DNA of 64,000 bases from positions 13,680 to 77,679 of the forward strand of contig PCWG01000010.1 of assembly GCA_002787235.1 (NCBI GenBank). The letters run 5' to 3'. The position numbers were made by a program, and so were the translations under genes. This DNA is from Nitrospinae bacterium CG11_big_fil_rev_8_21_14_0_20_45_15. Its GTDB lineage: Bacteria > Nitrospinota > Nitrospinia > Nitrospinales > VA-1. The notes under the pieces are model-generated. The model was not told the origin of the DNA. It did not search any database and worked only from the letters and a program-made list of their open reading frames with translations. Shown in pieces: positions 40,011-49,632 of this stretch. Position 1 is the stretch's first letter; every line of letters begins with the position of its first letter.

Positions 40011-40918
40011 CTCTGCGCCCCGTTTTTCCGTTTCAGTAAAAAATAACTCAGAGCCTGTCCGGGCGATGTGGAGGTATCGAGCAATTCGTAATCGACCCCC
40101 AGATTTTTGCAGACCTCGCGATTGTTTTTAATCAGTGCCTGCATCTCCACCTGATACTCAGCCTGCACGTCGCGCGGGTCGAGGTTGACTTCGGGATCGT
40201 CTTCCAGCGATTCAAAGATGATGTCCCCTTCAAAGGGAAGCTCTATTTCATCGGGATCGAGGACTTGGAACAACATCACTTCCAGTCCGCGCGAAGTGAG
40301 CAGTTTGAGTGCCTTCGGCAATTGCTCGTCGGGAGTCAACAGATCGGAAATCAGGATCACCATCCCGCGATTGGGCAACCTCTCTGCAAGATCGGAAACC
40401 ACTTGGGCAATCTGCGTCGTGCCGCCCGTCTCCATCGTCGCCAGCCCGTGCAAAATATGCTGAAAATGCGACGGCTTGGAACGGGGCGGGATATGATGGA
40501 GTGTGCGATCATTGAAAAGCGTCAGTCCCACCGAATCAAATTGTTTGAGCAACAAAAATGAAAACGCTGCGGATAAGGTTTTAGCGTACTCCAGCTTCGT
40601 GAGTGCGCGTTTGCCGGGCGACTCGTAAGTCATGGAGCCGCTGGCATCCAGCAGGATGGAGCATTTCAGGTTGGTCGTCTGCTCGAATTGTTTGACCTGA
40701 TACTTGTCGGTCTTGCCGACCACCTTCCAGTCGATGTGGCGAATCTCGTCTCCGGGCGAGTATTCCTTGTATTCCGCAAATTCTACACTGGAACCTTTAT
40801 GGCGGCTTCGGTGCCCACCTGTGAGGAGACCATCCACCAGATTGACCGCACGAATTTTCAAAGCAGAAATTCGCGCCAGCGTTTCGGGATCGTATTCAAA
40901 GACATCGGTTTGGGTCAT
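40001..40918 (-). CDS. DUF58 domain protein (MoxR-associated family)
   Basis: 305 aa. GGHRSRHKGSSVEFAEYKEYSPGDEIRHIDWK is the DUF58 signature, followed by a VWA-like LLDASGSM. Overlaps the next gene by 10 bp. Confidence 0.85.
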   Translation of the reverse strand: MTQTDVFEYDPETLARISALKIRAVNLVDGLLTGGHRSRHKGSSVEFAEYKEYSPGDEIRHIDWKVVGKTDKYQVKQFEQTTNLKCSILLDASGSMTYESPGKRALTKLEYAKTLSAAFSFLLLKQFDSVGLTLFNDRTLHHIPPRSKPSHFQHILHGLATMETGGTTQIAQVVSDLAERLPNRGMVILISDLLTPDEQLPKALKLLTSRGLEVMLFQVLDPDEIELPFEGDIIFESLEDDPEVNLDPRDVQAEYQVEMQALIKNNREVCKNLGVDYELLDTSTSPGQALSYFLLKRKNGAQRWA

Positions 40919-41051
40919 GCTGAAATCTTAAAACGCCGCCAGGCATTTGGCAATTAAAATTGCAAGCCTCCAAGCTCACCAGTTGACTTTACAGCTCTCA
41001 GGAATACAATGGTTCTTTTAAAATCATATTGAATTTGAGTGTTAGTTCTCT

Positions 41052-41573
41052 GTGCAGAATAAGACGATCAGCGTTTATCGATTCATCTCGATCAAGGACA
41101 ATACAATGAAATTTCTGAAATCAATTTTATTCACCATCATTCTTTTCAACATTTCTTCAAGCAATGTGATCGCAGGTCCCTATACAGACGAATTATCCAA
41201 ATGTCTTGTTGAAACAACCACACAAAGAGACCGGGATGTCCTAGTAAAATGGATGTTTCTTTCATTTTCACTGCATCCACAATTGAAATCTATGGCTTTG
41301 ATTTCTGACGAACAACGCGATGAAGGAAACAAAAATATGGCTGGTTTATTCACAAAACTCCTCACTCAAACCTGCAAAGAAGAAACATTGAAAGCCGTAA
41401 CCAATGAAGGCACTGCTTCTTTGGAGACCAGCTTTAACATTCTGGGGCAAGTGGCTGGAAGAGAACTGTTCTCTGACATTGAAGTGAATAAAGGGATGGC
41501 TGGTTTTGAAAAATACTGGGACGCAGAAAAGTTCATTCAGGAAATGGGCGGGAAACAAGAACCTGCGAAATAG
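41052..41573 (+). CDS. Secreted hypothetical protein
   Basis: The likely true start is ATG at 41106 (MKFLKSILFTIILFNISSSNVIAG signal peptide). No recognisable family. Confidence 0.5.
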   Translation: MQNKTISVYRFISIKDNTMKFLKSILFTIILFNISSSNVIAGPYTDELSKCLVETTTQRDRDVLVKWMFLSFSLHPQLKSMALISDEQRDEGNKNMAGLFTKLLTQTCKEETLKAVTNEGTASLETSFNILGQVAGRELFSDIEVNKGMAGFEKYWDAEKFIQEMGGKQEPAK

Positions 41574-41656
41574 AAAATCAGATGCTTGCACCAAAAATCA
41601 CCGAACATTTTTTCTAACCGGGCACCAATCTACCCAATAACAATCACACATAATTC

Positions 41657-44275
41657 ATGACAAACTATTGCAAATGCCATTTCCACGAAGGCGGATCGGA
41701 ACACTGGGGCCTGCTGGATCGTAAATCTTTTGAGTTCAAAGGCTCGAAACCACATTTCGCGCCGGACACGCTGATCCTTCCCAAACACCTCACGCTCGAC
41801 CTGAGTTTCGATTGGGAAGAGCAAAGGGTCTGTGGCTCGGTCGTTTATGATCTGATTGTGAACGGTTCCGAAGTCGATTCTCTGGAGCTGGACGCGATCC
41901 ATCTGGATGTGAGCCGGGTTCTGGTGAATTCCAAATCGGTTGTTTTTGAAAACACGGGTGAAAAAATCCGCATCCAATTTGGCAAGTCTTTCAAAAAGGG
42001 CACGGCGTTTAAGATCAAACTTTTTCATTCCACGACGCGCCCGGTCGCAGGAATTTTTTTCACCAAACCCGATGCGCATTATCCCGATCGTTTCAAAACA
42101 GTTTGGACACAGGGACAGGATGAAGACTCGAAATATTATTTCCCCTGTTTTGACCAACCCAATTTCAAACAAACAACGGAAGTATTCCTTCACCTGCCGC
42201 CGGGCATGTTCGGTCTCTCCAACGGCAAACTCATCAAGAAGAAATTAACAAGCAAGGAGTCCTTCTTTCATTACAAGCTGGAACTGCCTTACTCCACTTA
42301 TCTGCTCTCGATTGTTGCAGGCGATTTTGCGGAGCATCGCAAAAAGGAAGGCAAGGTCGATGTCCGCTGGTACGTGCAGAAAGGACGCGAACGAGAAGGA
42401 CACAATGCCTTCAAGGACACGGGCGATATTCTGCGTTTCTTTTCGGACTACACGGGCGTGCCTTATCCCTACCCGCATTACACGCAGATTGCGGCACCGG
42501 AATTTATTTTTGGCGGGATGGAAAATTTCACAGTGACCACGCAAACAGACCTCACGCTTCATGATGATCGGGCGGCTCTCGATGGTGACTCCAATGGTTT
42601 GGTCGCGCATGAAGCGGCGCACACCTGGTTTGGCAACATGGTCACTGCAAAAAGCTGGGCGCACGCCTGGCTCCATGAATCTTTCGCGACTTATTTCGAT
42701 GCTTTGTACACTCGGAAATCGAAGGGGGAAGATGAGTTCCGCTACCAGCTTCTCGAAAATGCGGAAACTTATTTTGCAGAGGACACGCAATACCGACGGC
42801 CTATCGTCACCAACGTTTATAAAGAGCCTATCGACTTGTTTGACGCGCATCTCTACCCCGGTGGCGCGGTGCGCTTGCACAACTTGAAAAATATAGTAAG
42901 CGAAGATCTTTTCCGCAAGTCTCTGCAATTATTTTTGGAACGTCACAAATACGACCGGGCTGAAACGGTTGATCTCCAGCGGGCACTGGAAGAAACGACG
43001 GGAAGAAATTTTGACGACTGGTTTCGGCAATGGATTTTTCGCGGCGGTTACCCTGTTTTTGAACTCAATTACTCCTGGAGCGATAAGGATCAAACAGCAA
43101 CAGTCACCGTCAAGCAAACTCAAGTTGCGGAAAAAAATGGTGACGCTGATTTGTTCGAGCTCCCTGTGGACTTGCGGTTTTACTTCGCCAAAGGCGTAGA
43201 AAATTATTCGATCACGGTCAAGGAAAAGCAGGAGAAATTTTATTTCAAACTTCGCGCGCAACCTAAATTCTTCCGTCTGGACCCGGAGTTCAAAATACCT
43301 TGCAAAAAAGTGAAGTATGAAATTTCGCGTCCGCTACTGCGCGCCCAGTTGAAACTGGACCCGGACCCGATCGGTCGTCTGGAAGCGGCGAAGGCTTTGT
43401 CGATCAAACCTGCCAACGAAGACACGGTTTTATTGGCAGAACGTTTGCTGAAAGAAAAATTCTGGGGGGTTGCCGAGCGCATCGCATCGGCACTTTCCGC
43501 CATTGGCGGTGATGCGGCACGTGACGCGCTTTTACGTGGACTGAAGATCGGGGATGCTAAAACGCGCCGGGGTGTTGTCAGCGCGTTGGCTGATTTCAAG
43601 CGGGATGATAAAGTCGTCAACGCCGTTCTCAAGATTGCGCAGGCGGACGAATCGTATCGCGTCGAGGCCAGTGCTCTGGCGACTCTGGGGAAATTGAAAG
43701 ACCCCACGGTCAGCAAATTCCTGATAGAATCTCTCAATCGTCCGTCGCACAATGATTTGGCGCAGATGGCTGTTTACAGTGGCCTGACAGCTCTGGAGGA
43801 TGAAGCGGCCTGGGACATTCTGGCAAAGGGTGCCGACTATGGGGCTCCTAAAAATGCTCGTATCATGGCAATGCGAGGTCTGGCGGTTCTTGCCAAACGC
43901 TGGATTCACCGCATCCCTGAGGCTCTGGAGTTGTACAAACGATTTGCAACTGAGGACCGGGGAACACCCGCCGGTGTCTTCCGTGGCAAGCTGGGTGCGA
44001 TCTCGGCTTTGAAATTACTGGATGACCTTCGTGCGAGCTCTACGTTACGTAAACTGGCCGACAGTGAGCCTGACGGTCGTTTGCAACGACGCGCTGAGGA
44101 AACGCTGTCTTACCTGCGAGAAAATGCTAAAAAACCTCGCGAGCTGGAAGACCTTCGTGAGATGATGGACGATCTGTTAAAGGAAAATCGTTCTCTACGT
44201 GACCGCATGGACAGTGTTGAAAAAAAATCATCGGCAAAGTCGGGTAAGAAAAAGGCTAAAAAGAAATCCAAATAA
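41657..44275 (+). CDS. pepN: M1-family aminopeptidase N with C-terminal HEAT-like repeats and a Lys-rich tail
   Basis: 872 aa. GGMEN exopeptidase motif, HEAAHTWFGN zinc motif, WLHESFATY. C-terminal HEAT-like repeats (GDAARDALLRGL...), a coiled segment and the tail KKSSAKSGKKKAKKKSK. Confidence 0.9.
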   Translation: MTNYCKCHFHEGGSEHWGLLDRKSFEFKGSKPHFAPDTLILPKHLTLDLSFDWEEQRVCGSVVYDLIVNGSEVDSLELDAIHLDVSRVLVNSKSVVFENTGEKIRIQFGKSFKKGTAFKIKLFHSTTRPVAGIFFTKPDAHYPDRFKTVWTQGQDEDSKYYFPCFDQPNFKQTTEVFLHLPPGMFGLSNGKLIKKKLTSKESFFHYKLELPYSTYLLSIVAGDFAEHRKKEGKVDVRWYVQKGREREGHNAFKDTGDILRFFSDYTGVPYPYPHYTQIAAPEFIFGGMENFTVTTQTDLTLHDDRAALDGDSNGLVAHEAAHTWFGNMVTAKSWAHAWLHESFATYFDALYTRKSKGEDEFRYQLLENAETYFAEDTQYRRPIVTNVYKEPIDLFDAHLYPGGAVRLHNLKNIVSEDLFRKSLQLFLERHKYDRAETVDLQRALEETTGRNFDDWFRQWIFRGGYPVFELNYSWSDKDQTATVTVKQTQVAEKNGDADLFELPVDLRFYFAKGVENYSITVKEKQEKFYFKLRAQPKFFRLDPEFKIPCKKVKYEISRPLLRAQLKLDPDPIGRLEAAKALSIKPANEDTVLLAERLLKEKFWGVAERIASALSAIGGDAARDALLRGLKIGDAKTRRGVVSALADFKRDDKVVNAVLKIAQADESYRVEASALATLGKLKDPTVSKFLIESLNRPSHNDLAQMAVYSGLTALEDEAAWDILAKGADYGAPKNARIMAMRGLAVLAKRWIHRIPEALELYKRFATEDRGTPAGVFRGKLGAISALKLLDDLRASSTLRKLADSEPDGRLQRRAEETLSYLRENAKKPRELEDLREMMDDLLKENRSLRDRMDSVEKKSSAKSGKKKAKKKSK

Positions 44276-44355
44276 TTATAAATCCAACGGCTCTTGCCTG
44301 TATCCACTCGGGCGGGCGGAGTCTTGAATAAAGTTTTCATGGGAAGGAACCTTAG

Positions 44356-44928
44356 ATGAAGAAACCTTTTGATGACCAACCCATCGAGGTATTGGTCGAA
44401 GAAGCTTTGAAACGAAGCAAAACTGTTCTGGACTTGCGTCTCAAATACATCGGCGACGAGGGGGTCGAATTTCTTGCGAACTGTTTTGATCTGGACGGGA
44501 TTGAGGAATTGAATCTGGAACGCAACAACATCACGGATCGCGGAGCGCGTGCGTTGGCGGAGTCACCTGTACTCACGCGTCTGAAAGTCCTCATCCTGCA
44601 ACGCAATGACATCGGGTCTGCGGGTGCGACTTCTATCGCGCGGTCTTCTAATGCTTCACGGCTCGTGCATCTGGATTTATGGAAAAACAAGGTCGGTCCT
44701 GAAGGTGCACAAGCTCTGGCGGACTCGATTCAACTGGTCAACCTGACGCGTCTGGATCTTGCTCAAAATAAAATTGGTGATGCGGGTGCGCTGGCTCTGG
44801 CGCAAAGTGCTACTTTGGGCGGGGTGAACTATCTCGATCTGTTTGGGAACGGTTTGACGGAGGAAGGTGTCCTGTCTGCTAAAGAATCGGAATTCTTCCA
44901 GCATATCCAGGATCTCGTCATCGGCTAG
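44356..44928 (+). CDS. Leucine-rich repeat protein, ribonuclease-inhibitor (RNI/LRR_6) type
   Basis: 190 aa. About six 28-residue repeats of the form L-x-L-x-x-N-x-I-G-x-x-G-A-x-A-L-A (for example LDLAQNKIGDAGALALAQS). No signal peptide. Confidence 0.7.
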   Translation: MKKPFDDQPIEVLVEEALKRSKTVLDLRLKYIGDEGVEFLANCFDLDGIEELNLERNNITDRGARALAESPVLTRLKVLILQRNDIGSAGATSIARSSNASRLVHLDLWKNKVGPEGAQALADSIQLVNLTRLDLAQNKIGDAGALALAQSATLGGVNYLDLFGNGLTEEGVLSAKESEFFQHIQDLVIG

Positions 44929-45013
44929 CAGGTAACACCTGCTTGAATTAGAGATTGTGAAAAGACGCTGAAAAGTTGAATCAAGCACACTTGCTGTCCC
45001 GCTCCGGGACAGC
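44928..45013 (-). repeat. Solitary, inverted, diverged copy of the 89-bp repeat family found at 60776-61042
   Basis: Hand alignment to the reverse complement of the tandem unit gives roughly three quarters identity over about 80 bp, including the core GATTGTGAAAAGAC and TTGCTGTCCCGCTCCGG. It fills the gap between the convergent LRR and TPR genes. Confidence 0.7.
44993..45013. terminator. Perfect 9-bp stem / 3-nt loop hairpin between convergent genes (candidate bidirectional terminator)
   Basis: GCTGTCCCG-ctc-CGGGACAGC. Lies 65 nt after the LRR stop and 5 nt from the TPR gene stop. There is no strong U-tract on either side. Confidence 0.45.
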
Positions 45014-45018
45014 GAAAC

Positions 45019-46047
45019 TTATTTTACGCTTTGTATCTTGACCTGTTTACTGAAGGTTTCCTTGATAATTTGAATTTTGCTACGGACCCGATCCAGACTG
45101 TTTGAGGAAGCCAATCGTGTGGGATGGTATTTGTCCTCATAGTTTTTCTCACCGATTTCCAATGCCTTGGCGTACAAAGGCTGTGCTTTGGAATATTCGC
45201 CTAATTTCTCGTACATATCGGCCAGATTGTTCAGGGCAATGGCAATGTTTGGATGGTTCGGCCCCAGTGTTTTCTCGCTGATGAGTACGGCACGGCGATA
45301 CAGGGGAACGGCCAGATTGTATTCACCCATCGTTGCGTAAAGCAAGGCCAGGTTATTGAGCGATGCGGCAACGTTCGGATGATTGGCCCCCAGTGTCCTC
45401 TCGCTGATTTCGAGGGATCGTATTTCCCATGGCTCCGCTTTTTTGTATTCCCTCTGCGCGGAATAAAGACCCGACAACAGATTGGAAGAAATGGCTATGT
45501 TCGGATGAAACGGTCCGAGTTTCTTTTCACGTAAGTCCAGTGCGTGCCGATGCAGGGTTTCTGCATTTTGGAATTCGCCCAGGTAAGAATAAAGAAGCCC
45601 TTGATTGTCCAGTGAAATGGCGACTTTTAAATGTTCGGGTCCCAATGTTTTTTCTATGATTTCCAAAGACCGTCTGTATAAAGGACGAGCCTCGTTGTAA
45701 TTCCCCAAGGTCGCATGAACCAAAGCGAGATTGTTCAGAGAAACTGCCAGATTGGGGTGCGCGGCACCCAGTTCCTTCTCGCGTATTTCAACTGCTTTTT
45801 TCGCAGGCATCAGGGCGTCCTGATATTTCCCCATTTTATACAGGGAGATCACTTCTCGGTTGAATTTTTCACCCTCATCGGAATTTTGTGCAGCTGCGGT
45901 GGATACAAAAATTAACAAAACGCCGAGCGCAATTAAAATATGGGAACTGCGTCGAAGAACTGAAGAAAAAAACATGGTTTGATTTTCCTCTCTGATCTTG
46001 AATGCCAAGGCAGATAAATATTTAGGATGGTGTGTTTTCAATCTCAT
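45019..46047 (-). CDS. TPR repeat protein, kinesin-light-chain-like (TPR_10/12 type)
   Basis: 342 aa. N-terminal hydrophobic segment, then repeated 42-residue units (NLALLYATMGEYNLAVPLYRRAV.I.EKTLGPNHPN) typical of KLC-type TPRs. Confidence 0.8.
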   Translation of the reverse strand: MRLKTHHPKYLSALAFKIREENQTMFFSSVLRRSSHILIALGVLLIFVSTAAAQNSDEGEKFNREVISLYKMGKYQDALMPAKKAVEIREKELGAAHPNLAVSLNNLALVHATLGNYNEARPLYRRSLEIIEKTLGPEHLKVAISLDNQGLLYSYLGEFQNAETLHRHALDLREKKLGPFHPNIAISSNLLSGLYSAQREYKKAEPWEIRSLEISERTLGANHPNVAASLNNLALLYATMGEYNLAVPLYRRAVLISEKTLGPNHPNIAIALNNLADMYEKLGEYSKAQPLYAKALEIGEKNYEDKYHPTRLASSNSLDRVRSKIQIIKETFSKQVKIQSVK

Positions 46048-46086
46048 AAATTATCAAGCTACATTGTACCCGGAATCTTAAAAATA

Positions 46087-48222
46087 TCAATTCAATTGGT
46101 TCAAAAGTCCCAAGATATGACTCTCACTTTGTGGATCTTCGTTGAGCTCCAGTGCTTTTTGTAAATGCAGGCGAGCGAGGTCATTTTTTTCTTTTATTTC
46201 CATATCCAGGGTTTCTAATTTCTGTTCCAATTCTTTCCTTTCACGCATTTTTTCTTTGTGAGTGTCTGCAATCAAACGCCCGATATTATAATGCGGGTCG
46301 GTGTTTCCGGGGTTCAGGCGAGCGGCTTCCAAAAATTCGTTCAAGGCTTTTTCAGTTTTTCCTATCTGAGAAAAGTAGATGCCCAGGTTGTTTGTCATCT
46401 GCGCTTTCAGTTCTGGCAATGCATTCACTTCTGCGATGTCAGCCTGGGCAAGATCGACGCGTCCCATATTCAGGTGACTCTGCATTAAGAGCAGATAGGC
46501 TTGTCGCGCTCCTTTCCTATGCGTCAGGAACTCTCTGGAACGGGCTTCAGCTTCCGCCCAGCGTCCAAGTTTGGAATAGATTTTTGCAATATTGAGAATC
46601 AACTCAGGAGGGGCGTCGTAACCCCATTGATACTTTTTGTATCGGTCTTCGGCTTGGAGATAGAGTACAAGTGCGCGTGAATATTCGCCTCGTGTAGCGA
46701 TTCGGGAAGCCAGATTGTAATAGCTCGTGGGAATGCTGGAATCCAGTTTCATCGCCTTTTCAAATTCGGACTCGGCTCTGGAAAAATTATTTCTGGCCTC
46801 GTAAATGATTCCCAGATTGATATGCGCCTGCGCCTTATAAAAGGGTGTGGTTTTAGATATTGCGAGCCGGTTGTATATGAGATAGGCACGATCGTACTGT
46901 TTGTTGCGCAAATAAAAATGCGCGAGGTTGTGCTGAGCCCGCGCCTTTTCTGGAAATTTTTCCAGCACGTCCTGCCACAACGTGGCTTGACTCCTGTACA
47001 CCGCATTGCGTTCAATCGTCAGTAAAGACAGGCAGAAAAATAATGCAACAACGGTCAGTGCATGAACATTGTATTTGATCTTCCACGTAAAAAATTTTTC
47101 TTTGCAGACCAGATAGATCAGGGTCGCCAGAATCATATCCAACCCAAATCCGGGCAGATAAAAATTGCGCTCGCTGAACGGGTCCAGTCTTGGAAGCAAG
47201 GTATTGGTTGGAGCCAATGCGGATAAAACCCACAAGGTTCCGAAAATAAATACGCCCGCTGAGGCTTTGAATTTTTTGTTCCAGAGTATCAACGCGAACA
47301 GGACAAATGTTCCTGCCAGAGTTGCAAATACCCATGGCCATGAATAATGGTACCAGGCGGTAGAAAATTCGTAATCGAAACTCTGATTGATTGGGAAAAA
47401 GTAAAGCTTTAAACCGTAACCTAAAACAGAAAATTGATCGAGCGCATAACGCAGATTGATTTTTTCAGCCCAGTCCAGAATGAATTGGACAAACTCGGGT
47501 GCCTTGGCAAAAAAACCAACCACCAGAACGGGTAATGGCAAATAAACCCAAATCAGGCGATGGCGAAAAGGTGCCCATGCGTTCCCACGCATGAAGCACA
47601 GATCATAAAGCGCAACGCCTAGAGGGAGAAAAATCGCGGTTTCTTTGGACAAAACCGCCGCCCCAAAGGAGACAAGCGCAAATAGATAAAGGGCGGTACG
47701 GTTCGTTATATTTTTATTTGCCAGGCTTCCACGAGCAAACAGATAAAGTGAAAGCAATGAGAACAAACCGGAAAGCCCATTGCCTCGTCCAGAAAGATAA
47801 GTAACCGCTTCGGTGTGTATGGGGTGCAGAATAAAAAACCCTGCTGTTACAAAGCCGATGGCGTTGGCGGCTCGTCGGCCCAGACTTGTCCCGTACAAAA
47901 TCGTCAGGTGTGCCAGAAAAAATACCAGCACTCCGTTCAAAGCATGGATCAGGTTGTTCGTCAGGTGATAGACAAAGGGATCGTAGCCGCCCAGTTTTTG
48001 ATTCAAGACAAAGGACAGATGAAATAGATGGCGATAACGTATCGAAGAAAATTGAAAAAATTCGTCGCCATGCATTTCGATATGCCGGCGGATGACGTTG
48101 AAGTCATCAAAATTGAAGGGTGCCCGCCAGGTATTGGCGTATACCAACGCCGTGAGGGAAAAGAGGATGAGGAGATGGGTACGCGTTTCTGCGGGGAAGA
48201 AGGCTTCCCATTTTTTATTCAT
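46087..48222 (-). CDS. Polytopic membrane protein with C-terminal TPR domain (GT-C fold, TMTC/PMT_2-like glycosyltransferase candidate)
   Basis: 711 aa. About 10 TM helices with an FNFDDFNVI loop motif after TM1 (a DD motif, as in GT-C enzymes), followed by about 8 TPRs. Confidence 0.6.
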   Translation of the reverse strand: MNKKWEAFFPAETRTHLLILFSLTALVYANTWRAPFNFDDFNVIRRHIEMHGDEFFQFSSIRYRHLFHLSFVLNQKLGGYDPFVYHLTNNLIHALNGVLVFFLAHLTILYGTSLGRRAANAIGFVTAGFFILHPIHTEAVTYLSGRGNGLSGLFSLLSLYLFARGSLANKNITNRTALYLFALVSFGAAVLSKETAIFLPLGVALYDLCFMRGNAWAPFRHRLIWVYLPLPVLVVGFFAKAPEFVQFILDWAEKINLRYALDQFSVLGYGLKLYFFPINQSFDYEFSTAWYHYSWPWVFATLAGTFVLFALILWNKKFKASAGVFIFGTLWVLSALAPTNTLLPRLDPFSERNFYLPGFGLDMILATLIYLVCKEKFFTWKIKYNVHALTVVALFFCLSLLTIERNAVYRSQATLWQDVLEKFPEKARAQHNLAHFYLRNKQYDRAYLIYNRLAISKTTPFYKAQAHINLGIIYEARNNFSRAESEFEKAMKLDSSIPTSYYNLASRIATRGEYSRALVLYLQAEDRYKKYQWGYDAPPELILNIAKIYSKLGRWAEAEARSREFLTHRKGARQAYLLLMQSHLNMGRVDLAQADIAEVNALPELKAQMTNNLGIYFSQIGKTEKALNEFLEAARLNPGNTDPHYNIGRLIADTHKEKMRERKELEQKLETLDMEIKEKNDLARLHLQKALELNEDPQSESHILGLLNQLN

Positions 48223-48384
48223 TTACGAGTGTCTCTATCAATTAAAGACCTTTTTACAATAAACCGCAGGAATCATTGCAACCATGAGAGCAGGGAAACA
48301 CATGTTAAAGCGTTTGCATCAACTTCTGTTCACTCCAGCATTCTTAAATAAGAAGATGCAAATACTATTCTGCCATTAAATTTC

Positions 48385-49473
48385 TTATTTTTTAGAAAGA
48401 CCCTTTGATCGTTTGAGTTCCATTTGTCTCAGAAGCAATACCAGTCCCAGCACGGCAATTCCGCAAAAAAGAAAGTACTTGGGTACAAACTGAGGAATTA
48501 GATTGATATTGTAAACGGGAACCAGGGCTGTCAGGTCGAAAAAAATACAAATTCCAAACAATACAAGAATCGCTTTAGTGGGCCCAAAACCCAGTTTGAC
48601 CAACCGATGATGGAAATGTTCGGCGTCTTTTGCAAATGGACTGACACCCTTGAATATCCTGCGGAAAAAGGCAAAACTTGTATCCATTATAGGAAGCAAC
48701 AATGTGATGATGGGAATAAGATAATAAATCTCGTCGGTGTAACCCTGATTCAAGGGCAAAAGGGTGATGAGCGACACTAAAAATCCCAAGGGCAAACTTC
48801 CGGTATCTCCCAAAATAATTTTCGCAGGGGGAAAATTGAACCAGGAAAATCCAAGGATGCTCCCTCCCAGAGTCACCGCAAGAAACGACGCTTCGGGAAT
48901 TTCTCTTAGCAGGTAGACAAATGCCAGGGTCAGACACGCAAGGAAAACCGCTCCGCTTGCCAATCCATCAATGCCATCGATCAGGTTAATGGCGTTGGTG
49001 ATTCCGACAATCCACAAAAGCGTCAATAAAACCGAGAAATGGTTCAACTCGATCAGATCACCGATTCTTTCAATTTGAAATCCTGATGCGTACATAACAA
49101 AAGCAATGCCTGTCTGGATCGCAAATTTGAATTTGGGAGGAAGATGAAAAATATCGTCCAGCAGGCCCAGCATCATCATCATGCTCACACCCGTACTGAT
49201 GGCCAAAAAGAGAATCAGATTGTCTTTTTCAAGGATGTTGAGGCCGTACAAAATCCAAAGTACGCTGACGAATGAAAAGATGACGGCAATCCCTCCAAAG
49301 GGATTAACGTCTTTCCCTGTAAGGGCTTCGGCTCGCTTGAAAAAATTACGAAAAAACAGGGCTCCCTCTGAAAGCTGAATCAGCATGAGGGTCAAAAAAA
49401 GCGACAGGGAGAATGCGAGCGCGTAACCGATCAGGTACACGGGCCCGGAAATGGAATGCGATGCAAAGGGCAT
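48385..49473 (-). CDS. Glycosyltransferase family 4 polyprenyl-phosphate sugar-1-phosphate transferase (WecA/MraY family)
   Basis: 362 aa, polytopic. DDIFHLPP and NAINLIDGIDGLA motifs diagnostic of the MraY/WecA superfamily. Confidence 0.85.
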   Translation of the reverse strand: MPFASHSISGPVYLIGYALAFSLSLFLTLMLIQLSEGALFFRNFFKRAEALTGKDVNPFGGIAVIFSFVSVLWILYGLNILEKDNLILFLAISTGVSMMMMLGLLDDIFHLPPKFKFAIQTGIAFVMYASGFQIERIGDLIELNHFSVLLTLLWIVGITNAINLIDGIDGLASGAVFLACLTLAFVYLLREIPEASFLAVTLGGSILGFSWFNFPPAKIILGDTGSLPLGFLVSLITLLPLNQGYTDEIYYLIPIITLLLPIMDTSFAFFRRIFKGVSPFAKDAEHFHHRLVKLGFGPTKAILVLFGICIFFDLTALVPVYNINLIPQFVPKYFLFCGIAVLGLVLLLRQMELKRSKGLSKK

Positions 49474-49632
49474 TTAAAAAGACTTCCAAGTAGTTCGGTA
49501 AATTGACTTCAATCAGCAACACCGTTTTCATAAAATACAGAGCCTACGGGCACCTCTTTCGGAGATGCAATAACAGTGCCACCTTTCCGTTAATCAAAGA
49601 GTGTCAATACAAACTCACAGGCCAGAATATTT

